64,000 nucleotides of DNA. It comes from Macrostomum hystrix. Taxonomy: Eukaryota; Animalia; Platyhelminthes. The first letter of the stretch is position 1; the number at the start of each line of letters is the position of its first letter. This document shows, piece after piece, positions 1 through 12,193 of this stretch. Both the position numbers and the translations under genes were made by a program. The stretch covers positions 62,001-126,000 of the forward strand of contig CATNEN010000038.1 in the NCBI GenBank assembly GCA_950097015.1, in the 5' to 3' direction. Below the pieces are notes generated by a model. It saw only the letters and a list, made by a program, of their open reading frames with translations. It did no database searches and was not told the DNA's origin.

Positions 1-68
1 AAGACGAGGAGGGCAACTGGATCTTCAAGCAGCCGTTGCAGTCGGGTCAGTCCACCACCGTTGCTTGA
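1..68 (+). CDS. 3' end of an upstream gene (partial last exon), product unknown
   Basis: GC-rich codon-like stretch reading ...DEEGNWIFKQPLQSGQSTTVA-TGA(66-68), followed by an abrupt change to T-rich 3'UTR-like sequence. Too short to identify. Confidence 0.4.
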   Translation, partial: DEEGNWIFKQPLQSGQSTTVA

Positions 69-854
69 CGCTGAGGATTGCTGCTACTGTGCTCACTGCT
101 CAAATAAGTAGCCAGCTGGTTGTTTCCTTGCAGTTTTTCTGTTGTTTGGATACTATTGATAATTTCCAGAACCAGATTTATATTCTGCAATCGAAATCCG
201 TAAGTTCAATCAGTTGAATGTGTCTGATTTCCCTGGATTGTATGCCTACCGATTTTTCTTCAGATTTCCTAAAAATTCAAACCATTTTTTCAAATATGTA
301 ACTTTCACCTGTATTTATAATTAACCAGGTTCTTTGCCCTGCTGGAAGTCAGTTGTTATTTAACCAGTGTCAAATCAGTTTTGTTTAAATTAGTCCTGTT
401 AATTTGCTGTACAGTATAGTGCTGGATTCAGTGTAGTCGATCAAATTCAAAAAATATTTTTTTATTAGTTGAATAACTAAATAAATTTTTGTCTTTTGAT
501 GTTTTTGCAATATATTATTTTACCCTTATTAGACTACTGACATTTTTAATCAGTAGTATTGTCTGCGAATGTTTATTTTGGAGATTTTTTATCTGAATCG
601 CGGCAATATTTATATTTTCTCTCGCTTCTCACTCTACCTTTGAGTTTGTTCATCACTTCAATTATTTTGTTCATTTGGCTGTTGATCAAAAAATGTTTAA
701 AGTTTTGCTTTATTCATTTTTCTTGATTATTTTTTGCGACAGAATTCTGTCAAAAATTAAGTAGCTACAGTGCGCGTTGTGCTATTTTTGCAACGCTGGT
801 TTAAAGAGGATAACCGATATCTCTTTCATTATATTCTTACTACTTCTGACTCAA

Positions 855-1300
855 CCCCATTACAAGCCAATCAGATGCGCTTCGCCCTCTCACCGACCCA
901 CCCCCATAACCAGCCAATCAGATGCGCTGCGCCCTCTCACTGACCCACCCCTCATAACCAGCCAATCAGATGCGCTGCGCCCTCTCACCGACCCACCCCT
1001 ATAACCAGCCAATCAGATGCGCTGCGCCATCTCACCGACCCACCCCCATAACCAGCCAATCAGATGCGCTGCGCCATCTCACCGACCCACCCCCATAACC
1101 AGCCAATCAGATGCGCTGCGCCCTCTCACTGACCCACCCCCATAACCAGCCAATCAGATGCGCTGCGCCCTCTCACTGACCCACCCCCATAACCAGCCAA
1201 TCAGATGCGCTGCGCCCTCTCACTGACCCACCCCCATAACCAGCCAATCGGATGAACTGCGCCCTCTCACTGACCAACCCTCCTATCCAGCCAATCAGGT
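855..1300. repeat. Minisatellite, ~47-bp unit (ataaccagccaatcagatgcgctgcgccctctcactgacccacccc), ~9 copies
   Basis: Direct tandem repetition visible; every unit contains AGCCAATCAG. Confidence 0.95.
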
Positions 1301-1371
1301 AACACGGCGCCACTCCCTGTCGATCAACTGTTTCCACACAAAATAATGCACATCAAAACCACCTCAAGATT

Positions 1372-1385
1372 GTTACCATGACAAC
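1372..1385. promoter_or_regulatory. RFX X-box-like motif GTTACCATGACAAC upstream of GPCPD1 (a CRE palindrome TGACGTCA lies at 1876-1883)
   Basis: One mismatch to the X-box consensus GTTNCCATGGNAAC, about 770 bp 5' of the ATG. Motif match only. Confidence 0.3.
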
Positions 1386-2146
1386 CTGTTTAAGATCCTA
1401 TGCTACGATTCAATGCTCTAAGAGTTGCAATAGCAATAGATCTAAAAGTGGCATTTTGTTAATTGGTTGCCCAGTCAATAAAACTGTTGATTGACATTTT
1501 TTATTTTAGTCTAACATCTCTGCTTGTGTTAGTAGATTATGCTACTTGTTTTTAGTAGTATAAGCTGTATTTTATTGCCGTATATCAAATTATATTATTT
1601 GTCACATTGACTTGTACTCGCATGACCAAGTAGTGTTGTGGAGTCTTGATTAACAGTACCCGCCTAATGCTACTGCGTCTGTGATTATTTATATTATTGA
1701 TATTATTATGATTGTTTGAGTTCAAATAAATAAACTGAATTATTTAATTATTGCATATTTTCGAGCTAAATATTCAGTTCTCTCTTTTATAATCATTTTT
1801 TGATGAAGCTTCAGCTGACCCATTCCTGAAGTTGAGTGCAGATTTACAACCAGTAGCCCAGTGGCTTTGTACAGCTGACGTCATGAGCAGAACTCAAAAT
1901 CTGATTTTTGCCGTAGATCTAAAGTAAAAACTTAACAATGCATTTTTTAAAATGGAACAAAAAACAACCGATTTCAGATCCCGCAGCTCAGCGCGTGAAT
2001 ATTGAGCAGGGCAGCTGGATCACAATGCTATTCAGATAGCGCAGCATAGGCTACTCATTGATAGATTTCTCATTGTTCTCATTGCCGTCTATTTTTGCTC
2101 GTGTCGAAGCAAAGGACCATCAATCAAACAAAGGAAACCCACTCAA

Positions 2147-5100
2147 ATGACATCCTCATCCAACAGCGCAGGCAACAGCGTTTCTGTCGCATCCGCATCT
2201 GTGAAGCGCCAGCATCCGGTGCTGGTGCCGTTCCGGGTTCGAGTCCCGGCCCCCTTGCTGACCAATGGCGGCTCAGCTGGCGACATTGCCTGCTACATTG
2301 TGGGCGACTGTCAGCAGCTTGGCGCATGGAATATTGAGAAGGCCAGGTCTATGAGACTGACTGTGCGCAGCTCGGACTGGTCTGAGTTCAGCCTTGATGC
2401 CCAGATACCACTGCCTGTGTCTCAGGTGTCTTACAGGTTAGGCATCATCAACTCTGGGACATTCTTTAGTTTCCATCTCAGTTTCCACCTGAGGGGATAT
2501 TGTGTAACTCTTCAGTTTCTACTTGAGGGGATATTGTGTAACTCTTCAGTTTCCACCTGAGGGGATATTGTGTAACTCTTCAGTTTCCACCTGAGGGGAT
2601 ATTGTGTAACTCTTCAGTTTCCACCTGAGGGGATATTGTGTAACTCTTCAGTTTCCACCTGAGGGGATATTGTGTAACTCTTTAGTTTCCACCTGAAGGG
2701 GATATTGTGTAACTCTTCAGTTTCCACCTGAAGGGGATATTGTGTAACTCTTCAGTTTCCACCTGAGGGGATATTGTGTAACTCTTTAGTTTCCACCTGA
2801 AGGGGATATTGTGTAACTCTTCAGTTTCCACCTGAGGGGATATTGTGTAACTCTTCAGTTTCTACCTGAGGGGATATTGTGTAACTCTTCAGTTTCCACC
2901 TGAGGGGATATTGTGTAACTCTTCAGTTTCCACCTGAGGGGATATTGTGTAACTCTTCAGTTTCCACCTGAGGGGATATTGTGTAACTCTTCAGTTTCTA
3001 CCTGAGGGGATATTGTGTAACTCTTTAGTTTCCACCTGAGGGGATATTGTGTAACTCTTCAGTTTCCACCTGAAGGGATATTGCGTAACTCTTTAGTTTC
3101 CACCTGAAGGGGATATTTAGAAATTATTTTATTTCCATTTCTCATTATTTTTGTTGCTGAAATCGGCATGGCCAGCCCTTCCCCCAAATCCCAGATTTTT
3201 CCTCGCTCGCTGCTTGAATCCCAACGATGAAGACAGCGAAGTGACGCTCTGCATCTCGCACTGGGAGTCGTTCCGCTGTCCCCGTCGCCTGATCCTCATG
3301 GACTGCCTGACCGGGGCGGCTCAGCCGGATGTTGACGTGCCCGAGTTCGGCGTGCAGGCTGCTGCCGATGGCACCGTGAGTGCCGACTGTTCGCTGACAG
3401 CTCCGGTGCTTGACAACGGAGCAGCAACTGCTACCGACCCACTCCCGACCAACCCCCAGAGTGACCAACTGCCACCCAGCCACTCCCAGAGTGATCAACT
3501 GCCACCCAGCCACTCCCAGAGTGACCAACTGCCACCCAGCCACTCCCAGAGTGACCAACTGCCACCCAGCCACTCCCAGTGTGACCAACTGCCACCCAGC
3601 CACTCTCAGTGTGACCAACTGCTACCCAGCCACTCCCAGTGTGACCAACTGCCACCCAGTGTGACTAACTTACCTAGTGTGACTCAAAGCCCTTCAGACC
3701 CTTTGCGACCAACCCTAGTGTGACTCAAAGCCCTCCAGACCGTTTGCGACTAACCCTAGTGTGACTCAAAGCCCTCCAGACCCATTGCCGCGAACAGAGT
3801 AGACGAACAGTGTGGCTAGTCACTCCACCTATCACATCACCTCGCAGCCGCAGAGGCGCATCCAGTGGGGGTGGCTGACCGGCCAGACCCAGGTTCACCT
3901 GCACCTCATGCCGGGCTGTCTGGAGTGGTTCCGGCCGAACTACAAGCGGGCCATGCGCAATGTGCTGATGTCCTGCTGGTCGCACTCGCTGGCTGATGGC
4001 ACCGGGTCAGCCACCTATTCCGACCTCAGCAGCGGCCCGGCTGGCGCCAACAACAGCAGCGGCGGCGTCGCTTCCAGCAGCTCCGTGCCGATTCAACTAG
4101 CCGAGCTGGAGGAGTCTCTGAATGGCGACGAGTACCTGGCCGGCCGTCTGCCCGCCACCGTCTGCAGCATCGGCGACTTCGGAGCTGACGGCCTGGCCAA
4201 CCCGGACCCGGACCTAGACCCGGATGCTGACTGTCAGACCAGGGCCCAGGCTACCTACGGCGAGCTGTGCACTCCGGATAGTCACCTGGTGTTTCAGGTG
4301 AGTGCTGTCCACCGCTTGAGTAGTATAGACTGTGGCTCAGGCTGTGGAGTAGTTTGAGTCTACTCTTGAGTAGTATAGACTGGCTCAGGCTGTGGAGTAG
4401 TTTGAGTCTACTCTTGAGTAGTATAGACTGGCTCAGGCTGTGGAGTAGTTTGAGTCTACTCTTGAGTAGTATAGACTGGCTCAGGCTGTGGAGTAGTTTG
4501 AGTCTACTCTTGAGTAGTATAGACTGGCTCAGGCTGTGGAGTAGTTTGAGTCTACTCTTGAGTAGTATAGACTGGCTCAGGCTGTGGAGTAGTTTGAGTC
4601 TACTCTTGAGTAGTATAGACTGGCTCAGGCTGTGGAGTAGTTTGAGTCTACTCTTGAGTAGTATAGACTGGATCAGGCTGTTCAGTTGTTTCAGTCCACT
4701 TTTGAGTAGTATTGGCAGTAGCACATCTACTATTAAACTTCATTTTTAACTAACGACAGGTCGACACTTTTGACCTGGAGTCGACGGCGTTCGACATTGA
4801 ATTGCGCGAGCCAAACAGCCGCCGGCTGGTCGGCAGTGCCAGCCTCATGCCGCTGCGCAGTCAGGAGAGCAGGGGAGTCAAGATTCTCCAGGTGCGGCTC
4901 GGCCATTTTTGTGCTAGTTCCCGAGTTCCCTATTTGAGAAAATGGCATTTTAATAATGGATACTTGTTCCCGAGTTCCCTATTGAGGTGATGGCATTTTA
5001 ATGATGGATACTTGTTCCAGAGTTCCCTATTGAGGTGATGGTATTTTAATGATGGATACTTGTTCCAGAGTTCCCTGTTGAGGTGATGGTATTTTAATGA

Positions 5101-8100
5101 TGGATACTTGTTCCAGAGTTCCCTATTGAGGTGATGGTATTTTAATAATGGATACTTGTTCCAGAGTTCCCTATTGAGGTGATGGCATTTTAATGATGGA
5201 TACTTGTTCCAGAGTTCCCTGTTGAGGTGATGCTATTTTAATAATGGATACTTGTTCCAGAGTTCCCTATTGAGGTGATGGCATTTTAATGATGGATACT
5301 TGTTCCAGAGTTCCCTGTTGAGGTGATGGCATTTTAATAATGGATACTTGTTCCAGAGTTCCCTATTGAGGTGATGGTATTTTAATAATGGATACTTGTT
5401 CCAGAGTTCCCTATTGAGGTGATGGTATTTTAATAATGGATACTTGTTCCAGAGTTCCCTGTTGAGGTGATGGCATTTTAATGATGGATACTTGTTCCAG
5501 AGTTCCCTATTTGATATAATGGCATTTTAATAATCAGTGCTAGTTCCTGAGTTCCCTTCTAGAGATATGGAGTTCTAGTGACGGATGCTATTTCTAGAGT
5601 TCCCTATTTAAGCAACTTAGGGAACTTCTGTCACTGTAAAGGATGTTTTTTCTGGTACTTTTTTATTCTAACGCACGCTCAGATAGCACACCCGCCCTCG
5701 CCTAACGAAACTCGCACAGATCATGGTGAGCAAGCAGGGCTGTCCAGTTCTCGTGGGCACCCTGAAGCTGCAGTACCTGTTCATCACGTCGATGTCGCCG
5801 CATCTGCGCAACGACTTGTCAGTCAGCTACCGGCGGCACTGGGTCAAGCGCAAGACAATGGACGTTGGGCACAGGGGCGCCGGTAATTCACATAAAAAGA
5901 ATACGGCCATCAACACTGTGCGAGAGAACACCATCCACTCCATGAACCTGGCGGCCAGTCACGGTGCCGACTTTGTCGAGTTTGACGTCCAGTTCTCAAA
6001 GGATAATGTGAGTTTTTTACTCCACTCTTGAGTAGTTTAGGCAGTGGCTCAGTCTGTATAGTGGTTTGAGTCCACTCTTGAGTAGTATAGGCAGTGGCTC
6101 AGTCTGTTCAGTGGTTTGAGTCCACTCTTGAGTAGTATAGGCAGTGGCTCAGTCTGTTCAGTGGTTTGAGTCCACTCTTGAGTAGTATAGGCAGTGGCTC
6201 AGTCTGTTCAGTGGTTTGAGTCCACTCTTGAGTAGTATAGGCAGTGGCTCAGTCTGTTCAGTGGTTTGAGTCCACTCTTGAGTAGTATAGGCAGTGGCTC
6301 AGTCTGTTCAGTGTTTTGAGTCCACTCTTGAGTTGTATAGGCAGTGGCTCAGTCTGTACAGTGGTTTGAGTCCACTCTGGAGTTGTATAGTAAGTGGCTC
6401 AGTCTGTACAGTGGTTTGAGTCCACTCTTGAGTAGTATAGGCAGTGGCTCAGTCTGTTCAGTGTTTTGAGTCCACTCTTGAGTAGTATAGGCAGTGGCTC
6501 AGTCTGTTCAGTGTTTTGAGTCCACTCTTGAGTAGTATAGGCAGTGGCTCAGTCTGTTCAGTGTTTTGAGTCCACTTTTGAGTAGTATAGGCAGTGGCTC
6601 AGTCTGTTCAGTGTTTTGAGTCCACTCTGGAGTTGTATAGGCAGTGGCTCAGTCTGTTCAGTGGTTTGAGTCTCTCTGCTCAACCCGCAGATTCCGGTGG
6701 TGTTCCACGACTTCAACGTGGCGGTGACAATGCGGCTGAAGCAGCGCAAGCTAAAGCAGATTGAAGTGCCTGTGAAAAACTTCACAATGGACAGTTTGCA
6801 GAGCATGAAGCTGTGCTCGCTTGCTGAAATGACGGACAACGATGAGCACCTGGACACTGACGACATTGACCCGGTGGAGCTGCAGCCGTTTCCCAGCCTT
6901 CGGCAGTGCCTGGAACAGGTGAGACATAGTCTATGGCATGAACTAGGTGTGAAATACTCCATGCATGGTAATGCAATAGTACAGGTTTTGTTTTGTTGTG
7001 AAGATTATTATGAGACTGGTTGCCAGTGCCAGCAGTCAGAGACTGTCTATGGTAAAATGTCGGCACTTCGTTTAAATTTATAATGTCAAACCTCAGTTTA
7101 AGAACCATGCATAGACAGTTTTGTTAAGAACAATAGACCATGGTGGTCTATGGTTCCTAAATTAACATTTCGGCATTTCTTAAATGCCTTAGACAGCGGG
7201 GATTCTTACCTTAGACAGCGAGGATTCTTACCTTAGACAGCGAGGATTCTTACCTTAGACAGCGAGGATTCTTACCTTAGACAGCGAGGATTCTTACCTT
7301 AGACAGCGAGGATTCTTACCCAGCTTTCTCATTATCAGCAACTGTACACTCGCACTGTTACATCTGCCCCAGCTTTCTCATTATCAGCAACTGTACACTC
7401 TCACTTGCACGACAAGCCTCCAAGCCGTTCTCAAATGAATGTGGCTGCTTCGCTGCGGACAGGAGCTCAGGCGCCTTGGTTCGAGTTGCAGACGCGTTAG
7501 AGCGCGTCTAAAACGCGTCTATTACCTTCTGAAATTTTCCACTTCAGGTGAACCCGGACACCGGGTTCCTCATCGAGCTAAAGTATCCGCAGAAGGTGAA
7601 GGGCAGCCAGCTGGAGGAGAATGTTGAGCACTACTCAGAGCGCAACAAGTACGTGAACCGCATCCTCAAGGATGTGATCGAGTGCGGCGGCCTCCGGCGC
7701 ATTGTGCTGTGCACATTCGATGCGGACTGCTGCACAATGCTACAGCTGAAGCAGAACCGCTACCCGGTGCTGTTCCTCACCCAGGGCCGCTCCGAGCTTT
7801 ATCCGCCCTACGAGGATCCCAGGTGCAACTCCACACTGGCCTCCATGCGACACGCGCTGTCTCTGGGCATCCTCGGCCTCTCCGCCAATGTTGAAGAGTT
7901 TCTCAAAGACGACTCGCTGGTGTCCCGGGTGCAGCGGACCGGCCTGGTGCTGTTCCTGTGGGGCGATGGCCTGAACGACGCCTCCGTGAAGGCCCGCTTC
8001 CGCCAGCTGGGCGTTGATGCCCTCATCTACGACTACATTCACGCTGAGAAGGCCCTCGGCAGTCGGACAGTGTTTGAGCAGTCAGAAGATGAAGCTGAGT

Positions 8101-8234
8101 CCATCAGCTTTGTAGTGAACGGTAGCCGCAGTTCTTCTGCCTCTCCATTGGCTCAGCAGCATCAGCAGCAGCAGCCGCGGTCGCCGCGATCTCAGTCAAC
8201 AGCATCGACATCGTCTTCCCAGACTGGGCAGTGA
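2147..8234 (+). CDS. GPCPD1: Glycerophosphocholine phosphodiesterase (GDE5): N-terminal CBM20 + GDPD domain, 7 exons
   Basis: Predicted exons 2147-2436, 3195-3375, 3848(or 3854)-4297, 4760-4891, 5720-6007, 6691-6918, 7548-8234, all GT-AG and phase-compatible. Motifs: CBM20 'YIVGDCQQLGAWN...YRF', 'WGWLTGQTQVHL', GDPD 'VGHRGAG...RENTIHS...ADFVEFDVQFSKD-IPVVFHD', 'IELKYP', 'KQNRYPVLFLTQG', 'GVDALIYD'. Confidence 0.92.
2465..3115. repeat. Minisatellite, 34-bp unit (ggggatattgtgtaactcttcagtttccacctga), GPCPD1 intron 1
   Basis: About 19 tandem copies. Confidence 0.95.
3450..3790. repeat. 30-bp minisatellite (cactcccagagtgaccaactgccacccagc) followed by a short ~41-bp tandem, GPCPD1 intron 2
   Basis: Tandem copies after the GTGAGT donor at 3376. 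The SHSQSDQLPP ORF repeat is intronic read-through. Confidence 0.9.
4315..4715. repeat. Minisatellite, 48-bp unit (tactcttgagtagtatagactggctcaggctgtggagtagtttgagtc), GPCPD1 intron 3
   Basis: About 8 tandem copies. Confidence 0.95.
4915..5620. repeat. Minisatellite, 48-bp unit (attgaggtgatggcattttaatgatggatacttgttccagagttccct), GPCPD1 intron 4
   Basis: About 13 tandem copies with degenerate ends. Confidence 0.95.
6018..6672. repeat. Minisatellite, 50-bp unit (tccactcttgagtagtataggcagtggctcagtctgttcagtggtttgag), GPCPD1 intron 5
   Basis: About 13 tandem copies filling nearly the whole intron. Confidence 0.95.
7187..7320. repeat. Minisatellite, 22-bp unit (ccttagacagcgaggattctta), GPCPD1 intron 6
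   Basis: About 6 tandem copies. Confidence 0.9.
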
Positions 8235-8439
8235 AGCTAACAAACAACTGCAAAATAGTCTTCAAGGTAGCATTGTCCTGGCTGGCACAAACTTGAATTA
8301 CTACTCAGAGTAGCTTACAACTGGCTCTGTTTGCCACTAACACACCTGCTAATTAGAGTGCTCATAAAATCATTTTTTTGCCATTGAACTTAACAATCAT
8401 TAATAATTTGAATAATATTAATAATTATAGTTTGTTATA

Positions 8440-8679
8440 CCTGCCTTACTTGGGTCAGATGTGCAGCCGACGGCTGTTCAGTCCATGGACTGGGCGGACA
8501 CCACACCCACTCTCAAATGCGCCAGCTGATGCTGGTACCCATTTACCAGCTGGTTAAACTGAAGCATTGCAGTAAAGTGTCTTGCTATAGGACACAGATA
8601 GTTCACGTGGAGTCAGGAATCGAACCTCCGACCTTCAAGTCGTGAGTCCGACGCTCTAACCACTAGGCTACAAAGCCCC
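8440..8679 (-). mobile_element. tRNA-derived SINE family A (CORE-like central domain), near full length
   Basis: Minus strand: A-box TAGCCTAGTGG, B-box GGTTCGATTCC, then 'gtgtcctatagcaagacacttt...gcttcagtttaaccagctggtaaatgggtacc', which resembles the CORE-SINE domain. Homologous copies at 13584 and 57505. Confidence 0.8.
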
Positions 8680-9159
8680 TATTAGAATAAAAAATGAGAT
8701 ATTTGCTACTCTTGTTAGTAGTCTGACACGGCTCTCAAGTTGCTCTTTAGCGGGTGTGTTTTTTTATTCCTTTGGTGTTCTTAAATTCTTAATTCTACAA
8801 TAGTCTGGCCTGAAGAGGCAGCTAGCAAGTTTTTTGTAATTTTTGCGCGCGTGTTGTTTCATACAATGAGTTTAAATGTTTTCTAAAACTTATTATTTCC
8901 TTTTCCTATTTCAAAAAGGCGTTGTCACTTCAGCTGTCACTTCCCGACTGAAATGGTTAGTTTTTTCTAGCAGTCCATTTCAGTCGGGCGAGTCGTCAAT
9001 CACGGTTGCTGACTGCTTGACTGACCGGCATTCTGCTTGCAGTTGTTCGTTTTGCTATTCTTTATTCTCTTGCCCCCCCCGCACGCCTTCTAACTTCTGC
9101 CTGAGCTTTTGTACAGGCTGCTGTGTAGACAAATAAGAACATTGAGCAATCTGAATGTG

Positions 9160-9685
9160 CCTAGCAACCACTGCTCTGGACTCATCAGCGTCCCTTGCAA
9201 CCAGAGCTCGGTCCGGAACTCCGTCCCTAGCAACTAGAGCTCGAGCTCCAGCTGCGCCCCTAGCAACCAGAGCTCATGCTTCCGCTGAGGCCCCTAGCAA
9301 CTAGAGCTCGAGCTTCAGCTGAGTCCCTAGCAACCAAAGCTGGAGTTTCAGCTGCGTCCCTAGCAACAAGTGCTCAAGCTTCAGCTGCGTCCCTGGCAAC
9401 CAGAGCTCATGCTTCCGCTGAGGCCCCTAGCAACTAGAGCTCGAGCTTCAGCTGAGGCCCTAGCTACCAATGCTCGAGCTTTAGCTGCGTCCCTAGCAAC
9501 CAGAGCTCGAGCTTCAGCTACTTCCCTAGCAACCAGGGCTCGAGCTTCAGCTGCCCCCCCATCAACCAGCTATTTCCCTAGCAACCAGAGCTCGAGCTTC
9601 AGCTACTTCCCTAGCAACCAGAGCTCGAGCTTCAGCTACTTCCCTAGCAACCAGAGCTCGAGCTTCAGCTGCGTCCCTAGTTCAG
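9160..9685. repeat. Minisatellite, ~33-bp unit (ccctagcaaccagagctcgagcttcagctgcgt)
   Basis: About 15 diverged tandem copies. Confidence 0.9.
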
Positions 9686-10289
9686 CCCTTCTAGCTGGTT
9701 GTTCAATGTTCTTCCAATTTTCAACAGCCCCTTTTGCCATATTTTACTTAAATATTCCTTTTTTCTGCTGTTTATCCGTCAAAACGCCTCTGATTTGCTG
9801 CTAAAATACTTAAAAACCCCAATTAATTTTTCGTCCCACTTATGCCGTGTCGCTATTAGTACATTCAATATTGGCTTCCAAGGCCATTGTTGAATGTTGT
9901 TCATCTATTTGACAAGGTGTGGGTATTTTGTTATATTATAATTTTTCCGCTTTTTCGTTCTGTTGTGTTTTTCTCTGGCTATTTTTGTCGCACGGAATGC
10001 ACACACGAATTTCACTTTACTTTTTTTCTATCCCCAGCAGAGAAGTTTTATTTTTATATAAATATAAATTTCTACATAATTTATTAATCATCGTTTATTA
10101 GATTGGCGCCTCTGCTTGCTAGTGCTCGCCTGAACTCCAGGTGTTCACCATTTGCATTCCTGTCTGTGTTTTATTGGTGTTTTATAGCGTCTATACGAGT
10201 AATTGATGCACAGAGTTATGAGACTAAATCTTGTCATAGATATACGCCATGTTACACAAGGCCCTTCCATTCATGCCCTCACGACTCCT

Positions 10290-11095
10290 GTCTTATCTCC
10301 CATTATCTCATCTCTTCCCTGTCCTATCTCCCCCTATCTAATCTCTTCCCTCTCCTATCTCCCCCTATCTAATCTCTTCCCTGTTTCTTCTCCCCCTACC
10401 TCATTTCTATCCTGTCTCATTTCTATCCTGTCTAATCTCTCTTCTGTCTCTTCTCTCTCCTGTCTCATCTCTCTCCTGTCTTATCTCTCTTCTTTCTCAT
10501 CTCTCTTCTGTCTAATCTCTCTTCTGTCTCTTCTCTCTCCTGTCTCATCTCTCTTCTGTCTAATCTCTCTTCTGTCTCTTCTCTCTCCTGTCTCATCTCT
10601 CTTCTGTCTAATCTCTCTTCTGTCTCTTCTCTCTTCTGTCTAATCTCTCTTCTGTCTCTTCTCTCTCCTGTCTCATCTCTCTTCTGTCTAATCTCTCTTC
10701 TGTCTCTTCTCTCTTCTGTCTAATCTCTCTTCTGTCTCTTCTCTCTCCTGTCTCATCTCTCTCCTGTCTTATCTCTCTTCTTTCTCATCTCTCTTCTGTC
10801 TAATCTCTCTTCTGTCTCTTCTCTCTTCTGTCTAATCTCTCTCCTGTCTCATCTCTCTTCTGTCTAATCTCTCTTCTGTCTCTTCTCTCTTCTGTCTAAT
10901 CTCTCTTCTGTCTTATCTCTCTCCTGTCTCATCTCTCTTCTGTCTAATCTCTCTTCTGTCTCTTCTCTCTTCTGTCTAATCTCTCTTCTGTCTCTTCTCT
11001 CTCCTGTCTTATCTCTATACTGTCTAATCTCTCTCCTGTCGCATCTCTATCCTGTCTCATCTCTCTCCTGTCGCATCTCTATCCTGTTTCATATC
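10290..11095. repeat. Polypyrimidine/polypurine low-complexity tandem array (tctcttctgtc-type subunits)
   Basis: Near-pure C/T on the + strand with nested periodicity. Confidence 0.9.
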
Positions 11096-12193
11096 TTTCC
11101 GGTTTCATTGCTAGGCATTTGATTTCTCCCAGTCTCTTCAATTCTACTTTTAAATAGTTGAGGTATGCAAGGTTAAAATGAGTTGCATATTGACGAAGCT
11201 GTATTGAAAACAGAAGCACAGAAACGAGAAAATTTAAATATTCGGACCCTTGTATTATAGAAGGCAGCAGTTGCACCAGATTGAGTATGCCATCTTCACG
11301 GCAAGAGTAGGGAGTAAGCCGAATCGCGGCAATCAGCTTGACAGCGATCTAAATTGATGGCGTGTCGGCTATCAGAGTATCTGCTATATATTAATGTTTT
11401 TGCCGGACAATGGAAAAATCACTGGCATGCAGCCTTTACGACTAATTAGCGGCCTTTATTTCATGGATTTTAGTCATCAGAACAATTTTCAATACATCAC
11501 AAGTTAGTTTTTTTCTAAAACTATTAAATTTAAGTTCCACATGGAAAACATTGTTATATAGAAGTATAGTCTTGTAGTCCTAGCTTGAATAAACTATCCA
11601 TAGATTGAAAGGAGTGGCAATACAGTAAATAAAATTAATAATACCAAACCGTAATTTACAGTAATACTCCATCAACCATCAGATTACTGTCTGCGATACA
11701 TTAAAAGAACTATTAGAGTTATTACACTTGTTGCCCTACCTTCAGTTTCTTTCCCTCCTTTCAATGCCCTCCTTTTACTCCTCTCCCTGCCCTCACCTCA
11801 CAGCGGTCAAAGGTAGATAATTCTTTTTTCTTTTGTTTCTTCACAAAGCTGTTGCACTCAGACTATTTTAAGTGCAACTGTCCAGTTCATACATGTAGTC
11901 GTCTTTTCCTGCGAATACCAAATTGCCTAACTCTCTGCACATCTTCCCGCTCTTTAGAGTTTAGATTTGATTGGAATTACGCAGTGACGCAAAGAAATTT
12001 AAAAGTTATGCTTTCCACGAACTCGCTCGGAACTCACTCGACGTCTCACTTACGGTAAGAGTCATGCCTCATGTACAGCATAATTAAGGCTTCCAGTGTT
12101 ATGATTAAATTATGAATCAACTGCACATCACAGATTTTTGTCTGGCCTAAACAATATCAGTAAACTGTCATATTGCTTCCATTGCACTTTGCT

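Noticed and set aside
3376-3723. SHSQSDQLPP repeat as part of GPCPD1
   Set aside because: Lies after a strong GTGAGT donor (3376), ends in a stop, and family homology resumes only at ~3850.
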